This document shows, one piece after another, positions 34,496-42,014 of a stretch of 42,014 nucleotides of DNA. A model generated the notes under the pieces. It did no database searches and had not been told where the DNA came from. It was given only the letters and a program-made list of their open reading frames with translations. Source of the DNA: Chiloscyllium plagiosum (Eukaryota); NCBI RefSeq assembly GCF_004010195.1, contig NW_025214343.1, positions 1 through 42,014 on the forward strand, given 5' to 3'. Every line of letters starts with the position of its first letter. Position 1 is the first letter of the stretch. Both the position numbers and the translations under genes were made by a program.

Positions 34496-36924
34496 CCAGG
34501 TTGTGGAACTGAGTCCATAATCCCAGCGCATTGTTCAGTAATATTGTGTTAGATCACTGCCCAGCGTAGGGAAACTTGTAGCCCATGCTGGAAGTGACAG
34601 GAGGTGCAGCTCCCTTTCATTTACAGCTCCATATCTACATTGTGGCATGACACAGGGGTGCTGTGGGTGTGAAAATCACTGCCAGAGAGAGATGGCGGGG
34701 GAATCAATTTAAGTATCAACAAATGTGAAGGCTTTGGGGAATAGACAGAGAGAGCGAGATTGAGAGGCAATATCATGGAAGGATGTGTTCACAGAATCCA
34801 GAATGCTGAAATGAAGGCTTTTCAACAGTATCCTGCAACATGAGCCAGTGTTTCCAGGAATTATAGGGGAATGGGATATTGGTGTGAGTTCAGATGATGG
34901 AGAGTATTGGATGAGCAGTTGTTCTGCAGCTTTGTAACTGTGAGTAGGTCAGCAGGGTCTTCGACACATTGGGCTGAATCTAACAATAATTTGTTACAGT
35001 GACATTTTCACTACGTATGGCAGAAGGATTGTCTGTATGAGACTGAGCTAGTTTCCTGGTGATATACCATCAAACCCAGCTCATTGACTACCTACTCCAC
35101 CCCATGGCGTCCCTCGCATTCAATGCTAGCTCGATTTCCTTCATGGTTGGAGATACTCACCAATGCCCGCATGAACCTAAATATTTCGTGATCCGTGGCA
35201 CTGGTGCCATCTTCAAAAGGCCAATGGGCACACGGTTGCGCTTTCTCCGTTTGGAGTTGCCCTGCACAGTTTACCCCGAGCATGACAGATAACGGGCAAT
35301 TACACCACGGTTGGTCAACAGAGACACGGAAGCCCTGGTGAATTGGCTGGTGCAATTCTCTTCCCAGAGTGGGCCACCCAGCATGGTCTGAGCTCACCAC
35401 CCAGCTCAGTGTAGTATCTGTGGTCTGACGAAATGTCCAACAATACAGGACAAGCATCAATAACCTTCCCGGTTCTGTCAGGATAAGTATCACCGTGTGC
35501 TGTCTGCTCCCTCACATTCACTGTATATCTGTTATGGCACCTACCCCCGAACAATGCTCATGCTCCACCACTCTCACTACTGCATGCAGTCTCTCTTTCT
35601 CTCTCTCTCTCTCCCCCCACTTTAACCCCACACCAATAACACGGCATAGTTACAACATTGTGCACTGACTCCGTCCGGATACTTCACTATGATCCCCACC
35701 TATACCAGCACAAACAAAAGGGCCACCCACCCCCACCCTCCCTCCCTCGCTTTCTCCCATTCCAGGAGAAACAGACTGGAATGGGACAGAAAGGGCCAAG
35801 CCGGGTGCTGGAGTGCCCGATATCCGTTCCCTCACCCCCCTCCACCAGCCATGTGGGGAGGACCCTGGTAGGAGCCGGAGAGGACACGTACCCCACGTGT
35901 GGAGATTCTGAAACATCCATGTCCCACCGACCGAGTAAGGAGCAATGTTCAGTGAAGGGCAATTCTCACTTTAAATCCACTGGCATCTCCGTTTCCCCCG
36001 GCACAACTTAAAAGCCGTGCCCCTGAGACAATCTCCCTTTTGTGTCGAGCTGGTACAAATGGAATCCCCACGGTCTCGGTGGGCAGGAGGGTGGGCTCAC
36101 AACACATCATCACCACCACCTCCAAGGAAGGGAGCACGGAGGCTCCCTCCTCCACCTCCTCCTGTAAACAGCTCAGATACTGAATCTAACCTGTGATATT
36201 TTCTACTCTCCCCACTTGTCCTGACATCTTCAATAATCTGTGCTCATATACACCCAGTGTCCTCTGCTCCTACACCCGCTTTATAATGGTACAAAATGCT
36301 TTATATTAACTTTCAGAGTTATTCCTACCAAAGTGCATCTCCGCACACTGCTCTGATTTGTTCCTGATCTGCCATAAACCTGAAAACTACACCGATGTGT
36401 CACCGTCCTGTTAGAGTTCCACACTGTCCTCCACACACTTTATAATTCGTCCAGGTTTGATATCTGCAAACATTGAAATTGTCCTACAGTCACACTCCAC
36501 GCAGAAATACTGACTCACTCACAATTGTGAGCAAGTGCAACACTAACACACTCCCTGAGGACAGACTTAAATACTGACGCACACCAGACAGAGTACGTAA
36601 AATATTGACAAGGTCACTGTGGAGCAAGAGAAATACTGAAAGACACTTCATGTCTATACTTGTTTCTGTGTATTAGTGAGTGTCTCTATGTCTCTGTATT
36701 AGTGTGTGTACATCTGTGTGTACTTAAAGTGATGTAATATCCCCCGACAGGAGATCTGAGGAAGGGTCCTTTTATTTTTGTCCACAGATGCTGCCAGACC
36801 TGCTGAGCTTTCTGTTGCTGTCAATCTCTGCTGGCCTCCCCACACCACTGTACATGTGGGAGTGGAAGGTGAAAATCATCAGAGATTCAGTTTGGGAGGG
36901 ACAGAGGGAGGGCAGCAGCCACAG

Positions 36925-37280
36925 CACCATCCAAACACAGACAGACACACAGATACACATACACACAAACACACATACACATACATAGACACAGACACAC
37001 ACTGACACAGACATACTCTCACAGAAATAGGCACACACAGACGCAGACACACGCACGCACATAGATTCAGACATAGACACAGACAATCACACACACTCAC
37101 AGGAACAGACACACACCTATGCAGACACACACGCACGCAGTCAAACACAGATACACACACAAATGCACACACACTCGCAGAAACAGACACACACGCAGAC
37201 ACACATAAAGCAGCACACAGACACACACACACATACTCACAGAAATCCTACACCCACACAGACACAACCACACAAACACA
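36925..37280. repeat. Degenerate CA/ACAG low-complexity tract
   Basis: acacagacac repeats; source of the Cys/Val-rich ORFs. Confidence 0.92.
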
Positions 37281-38024
37281 CCTGCTTCACAGGAGCAGAT
37301 CGAGGCCACTCAGATGGTTAGGTGTAGTTTCGGAAATGTAGTTGGAAATCCAGGCTGGGTCAGGAAGTGACCCCACTCCTAATCCCTCTTTCCAGGTTTC
37401 CCCTCTCTGTAACTTCTGCTCCAGATGTGTGTCATGTTACAGTCTCAGATTCGCTGTTGTTCGACAGTGCATTGAATGTAAGTGTTGGAATGTCATATTG
37501 CGGCTGTGCAGGACATTGGTTAGGCCATTATTGAATACTTCATGCAATCACGGTCTCGCCACACGCAGACACACACACATATACTCACAGAAATCCTACG
37601 CCCACACAGACACAACCACACAAACACACATAGACACATAGACACACCCAGATGCAAAGAGACACTTAGACGCACAAACAGATACACAAAGATACCCGCG
37701 CGCTCTTGTCCCCCAGCCCTATGTTCTGGTGTTCCGTCAACCCTTCGGACCTGCTTCACAGGAGCAGATCGAGGCCACTCCGATGGTCAGGTGTAGTTTC
37801 GGAAATGTACTTGGAAATCCAGGCTGGGTCAGGAAGTGACCCCACTCCTAATCTCTCTTTCCAGGTTTCCCCACTCTGTAACTTCTGCTCCAGATGTATA
37901 TCATGTTACAGACCCAGAATCGCTGTTGTTAGACAGTGCATTGAATGTCGGTGTTGGAATGTCATATTGCGGTTGTGCAGGACATTGATTAGGCCATTAT
38001 TGAATACTTCATGCAATCACGGTC
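37281..38024 (+). repeat. Local duplication: 37281-37554 recurs at 37750-38024
   Basis: About 275 bp, roughly 94-95% identical by eye; the CA segment 37215-37280 also recurs at about 37565-37630. Confidence 0.92.
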
Positions 38025-38535
38025 ACGCTTTTCGAGGAAGGATTTGTGAAACCTAAAAGGATTCGTAAAAGATTTGCATAGACATTGCCAGGTTTGGATG
38101 TTTTGAGATTTATGGAGAGGCTGGATATGTTGGGGCTATTTTCCCTGGAGCATCAGCGGTTGAGAGTTAATCATAGAGGTTTATACACTCACGAGTGGAA
38201 TGGACAGTGTCAATTGCCAAGATCCTTTCCCCAGGATAGCACTTTCCAAAGCTCGTGGACATAGGTTGAATGTCAGAGGGGAAAGACTTAAAAGCGATCT
38301 AAGGGGCAACGCTTTCAAAGAGAGGGTGCTTTATATGTAACGAGCTGCCAGAGGAAGTTGTGCATGCTGGGACAATTACAACATTTAAAAGGCATCTGGA
38401 TGGACACATGAATAGGAAGTTTAGGGGGATGTGGGCCATATTCAGGCAAATGGAACTACATTAATATAGGACGTCTATTTGGCAGGGTCAAGTTGAATAG
38501 AAGGGTCTGTTTCCATGCTGGACAGCTCTATGAAA
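37930..38535 (+). mobile_element. CR1 LINE 3' fragment
   Basis: VILRLCRTLIRPLL..; ..cgagctgccagaggaag..catttaaaaggcatctgga; tail aagggtctgtttccatgctg. Confidence 0.85.
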
Positions 38536-38569
38536 CTACGTCATCGAAAAACTTTCTGCTGTCATCTTA

Positions 38570-38800
38570 AAATTACATCCTTCTCTTTAAATCCACCACC
38601 CTAAGGAAATGGCACGTGCCTTTCAACATTATCTATACGCCTCAATGTTTTATAAACTTCGATAAGGTTGACACTGTCTCAACCTTCTTCGCTGCAGTGG
38701 AACAGGTCCCAGTCCATCCAGCCTGTCCGTATGACTTAAACACTCCATTCCCAACAACAGTCTGGTAAAACTTTTCTGAACCCTCTCCAGTTTAATTATA
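38570..38800 (-). mobile_element. CR1 3' fragment
   Basis: ttttataaacttcgataagg..ccagcctgtccgtatgac..aaacttttctgaaccctctcc. Confidence 0.6.
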
Positions 38801-38949
38801 GTTGAGTTGAGTACCTTTCATCTGATTGACAATGTGATTCTTTCAAATGTGTAATTCAGTAAAGTTAACCAAATTTTAATGAATCCACACAGAGCTGAAA
38901 GCTGACATTTAAAATGTGACTCAAATTCTGGGCATGGTTTCAGTCTTGT

Positions 38950-39242
38950 GTCGTGGGTAATACCCATACCTCTGAGCCAGAGCTCTGGGTTAGATTCCAA
39001 TACCTGAACTTGCGTAGTAGTGTCTCTCACTCTGGAGCATTAATGTCTGGATTCAAGTCCTGCCTGTCACGGAGGAATGTCACAGTATTTCAAAACAGGC
39101 TGATGAGCAAACACACAGGAGCATAGTGTTGCAGCTTTTGGGATTATTGCCAAATGGTGGTAGTGTCCCTATCTCTGAGGCCAAAAGTCTAGATAAAAAT
39201 CCCACAGGGTGTTTCATAATGTGGCTGGGCAAGTTGTTAAAA
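38950..39242 (+). mobile_element. Cluster of three decayed short tRNA-like SINE heads
   Basis: The motif gt.gtagtgtc.ct..ctctg.g..(g)ttcaa.tcc recurs at about 38955, 39014 and 39158. Confidence 0.45.
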
Positions 39243-39361
39243 TTATTTTAGAATTGAGATGTGATGAAGAAGGAAAGGAGTCAATATTGAATTTCAGAAT
39301 TTAGGCCCAGGTTTACTGAAAACACAGCCATCCGTGTTAATTGGAGTCACATTTGCACCTT

Positions 39362-39730
39362 CTAGACGTTTATAAAATGATGAAGACCATAGATAGGTTG
39401 ATTATTCAGGATCTTTACCCCAGCGTAGGGAAGCCCAAAACTAGTGGACATAGTATTAAGGTGTGATGGACAAGATATGAAGAGGACCGAAGGGCAACAT
39501 TTTCACACAGAGGGTGGTATGTTTATGCAATGAGCTGCCAGACGAAATGGTGAAGGGTGGTACAAATTACAACATTTAAAACGCATCTGGATGGGGACAT
39601 GAATTGGAATGGTTTAGAGGGATATTGTACAAATGCTGGAAAATGAAACTAAGTTAATTTATAACATCTGGTTGGCAAGAATGAATTTGACCAAAGTGTC
39701 CGTTTCTGTGCTGTACATTTCTATGATTCA
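39362..39730 (+). mobile_element. CR1 LINE 3' end
   Basis: gtttataaaatgatga..aatgagctgccag..catttaaaacgcatctggatgg..gtttctgtgctgtac. Confidence 0.85.
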
Positions 39731-39739
39731 TTGATCCAA

Positions 39740-39975
39740 TTAAAAATGATCTCTTTGCAATCTTATGTGACCTTCTTCACCTTCCACTATATAACTAAAT
39801 TTGGTGTCATCTGTAAACTTGCTCACCATACATTGCAGAATTCTCATCTCAGCCATTGATATAAGTGACAACCAAAAGTGGATCCAGCACCAATCCCTAT
39901 GGGACGCCACTGGTAACAGGTCTCCAGTCCAAAAGACAACTTTCCTCCACCACCCTCTGCCTCCTGCCAATAAGC
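39740..39975 (-). mobile_element. CR1 RT fragment
   Basis: MVSKFTDDTKF..EEGHIRLQRD. Confidence 0.8.
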
Positions 39976-40479
39976 TAAAACACATATACACATATAGACA
40001 TAGAGACACAGACACAGTCTGCCTTTAAGACAGCGATAGATACATTGTGATTGATAAGGGGATTAAAGTTACAGTGAGAAGACAGGATAATTTTATTGAG
40101 AAACATGTCAGCCATGACTGAATAGCAGACCAGACTTGGTGGACCAAACAGTCCAGTTCTGCACCAATTTCATACACTCTATGGTTATGCTACCTGAAAT
40201 GGCTAACCAAGAGAACAGTGGAGGCTGAATTTGATAAATACTTTACTTAACAGAGTCAATGGGAATGTGGGATTGATTTGAGGGGCTGAATGGTCTATGT
40301 ATTTCCTATAGGTTGTGCCCTCATTTTTAAAATGGGAAGCTGACTTGCTGTGAGGTTCATATACTTTTAAATTTAGAGGTTCCCCGATTTATAATTGAGA
40401 TAAGGATGTTCCTATCTTCTTAGGGTTGTGCTGTCTGTGGTATTCTCATCCCCAGGGAACAGTGAAGACTGGGCCATCG

Positions 40480-40850
40480 AGTCATAGAGTCCAAGAGATG
40501 TGCAGCACGGAAACAGACCTTTCGGTCCAACTCACCCATGCTGACTGCATATCTCAACCCAATCTCGTCCCACCTGCCATATCCCTCCAAGACCTCTCCT
40601 ATTCATATACCCATGCAAATGCCTTTTAAATGTTGCAATTGTACCAGCCTCCACCACTTCCTCTGGCAGCTCATTCCATACATGTACCACCATCTGCTTG
40701 GAAACGTTGCCTGTTCGGTCACTTTTATGTCTTTCTGGACTCACTGTAAACTTATGCCCTCTAGTTCTGGACTCCCTTACCCCAGGGAAAATAGCTTGCC
40801 TATTTACCCTATCCATGCCCCTCATGACTTTATAAACCTATATAAGGTCC
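40480..40850 (-). mobile_element. CR1 LINE 3' end
   Basis: MRGMDRVN..FPGVRESRTRGHKF..WNELPEEVVEAGTIATFKRHL. Confidence 0.9.
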
Positions 40851-41274
40851 TCTGTCAAAGACAGTCGCTTATTTTAATGTGTAGTGACTGCAGTAATTTT
40901 TCAACACAACAGCCAAAAATGAAATTAATGATGAAGATTATTAGTTGTGTTGTTAAAGGGTCCCATTTTCATCAGACTAATAGGAACTCTTCCCCCCTCC
41001 TCAGTGTCTGCACGTTAAAATTGAGCACATGACTGACACTGCAGATGGTTCTATCGTTGCAATAGAAAAACAGCATTTTTGATCGGGTAGAGATCACCCC
41101 AAATGTTAGTCTATATTCTGTGATCATCTTTTAAACTCTCAGGAATCAGGATCATTGACAGTACGAACTCCACCTGGTCATTTGACAACAAATGGCCCGA
41201 ATGAAGGATCGCTGAGATCAGAAACAAATCAACAATCAGCTACACAATATAGCATTCGCGACAAGCAAATATAG

Positions 41275-41990
41275 AGTCGAGATAATTACTTATTTTCAGG
41301 TTGGAAAGCTATAACTAGTGGAATTCCTCAGGATTCAGTATGGGATCAACAACAGTTTACAATCCAGACTAATGGTTTGGAAGAAGGGGCTGAATGGATT
41401 GGAGCTCAGTTTGCTCATACAGCAGGATAGTCATTCAATAAGGTTTCATGTGGAGGCAGAGCGTCTGCAATGGGATATAGACAGGGGAGGGCAGAGCGTC
41501 TGCAATGGGATACAGACGGGGCAGGGCAGTGAGTAAAGCTTCACCAAAAAAAACTGTACAATGTGGGTGATGGGAAGTCTGTGTTTTTGAGGACGAATAA
41601 AACAACCGTAAATTATATAACTGGAGGCAGATTTCAGAACTCAGTGGTACAAAGTGATTCGTGTATCCTGGTACATAAATCATATCAAATTAGTCTGTAC
41701 ATGCAGCACGTGATTTGAAAATTAAATGAAATGATACTTTTTCGTGTAAAGAGCATTGGGTCTGATCTTAAGGATTATTTACTGCATCTGTACAGGCCGT
41801 TGCTCAGACCATATCTGATGTACTATGCAAGGCTGTAATTCCACTGAAGTGAAAAAACAAATCGCTTTTGAAACTTTTCAAAGATGTTTCTCTTTACTTG
41901 CTCTTGCGATGAAGGCATTATGTTCTGTACGATTAGGAGTTTAGGACTGAGAATGAGAAATGTTTTTTTTATTGACCACATTAGATTTTG
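41275..41990 (+). mobile_element. Old CR1 RT fragment
   Basis: agtggaattcctcaggattcagta (SGVPQGSV remnant), ERLQWDIDR, ctgtacaggccgttgctcagaccatatctg; internal 35-bp tandem duplication at 41455-41529. Confidence 0.7.
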
Positions 41991-42014
41991 AGCTAGTGAA
42001 TACCTGATGAATAT

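Noticed and set aside
41150..41210. AICCQ..YC on -, resembling the GPR139-like TM3 end
   Set aside because: No DRF motif, flanked by stops, and upstream of exon 1; likely chance

Overview
Repeat-rich eukaryotic, non-prokaryotic DNA with five N-gaps. The repeat inventory (HE1/V-SINE-type SINEs, CR1-clade LINEs, Penelope elements) points to a shark or other elasmobranch scaffold. Most ORF-track entries are TE fragments, repeat-derived frames or gap artefacts. Main contents: (1) a decayed endogenous retrovirus on + (about 6.2-11.7 kb) with two diverged LTR-like repeats and a class III/ERV-S-like env pseudogene, with no recognisable gag-pol and a 34-bp minisatellite where it would be; (2) a decayed Gypsy (Gmr1-like) LTR element on - (25.5-29.1 kb); (3) Penelope elements and Penelope-terminus hairpins carrying minimal hammerhead-ribozyme cores; (4) a frameshifted first coding exon of a GPR139-like GPCR with a 14-aa N-terminal repeat on - (31.9-32.3 kb), with the 7TM exon not found in the window; (5) many CR1 and SINE fragments, minisatellites and local duplications. 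All family assignments come from motif recognition by eye; no database search was run.
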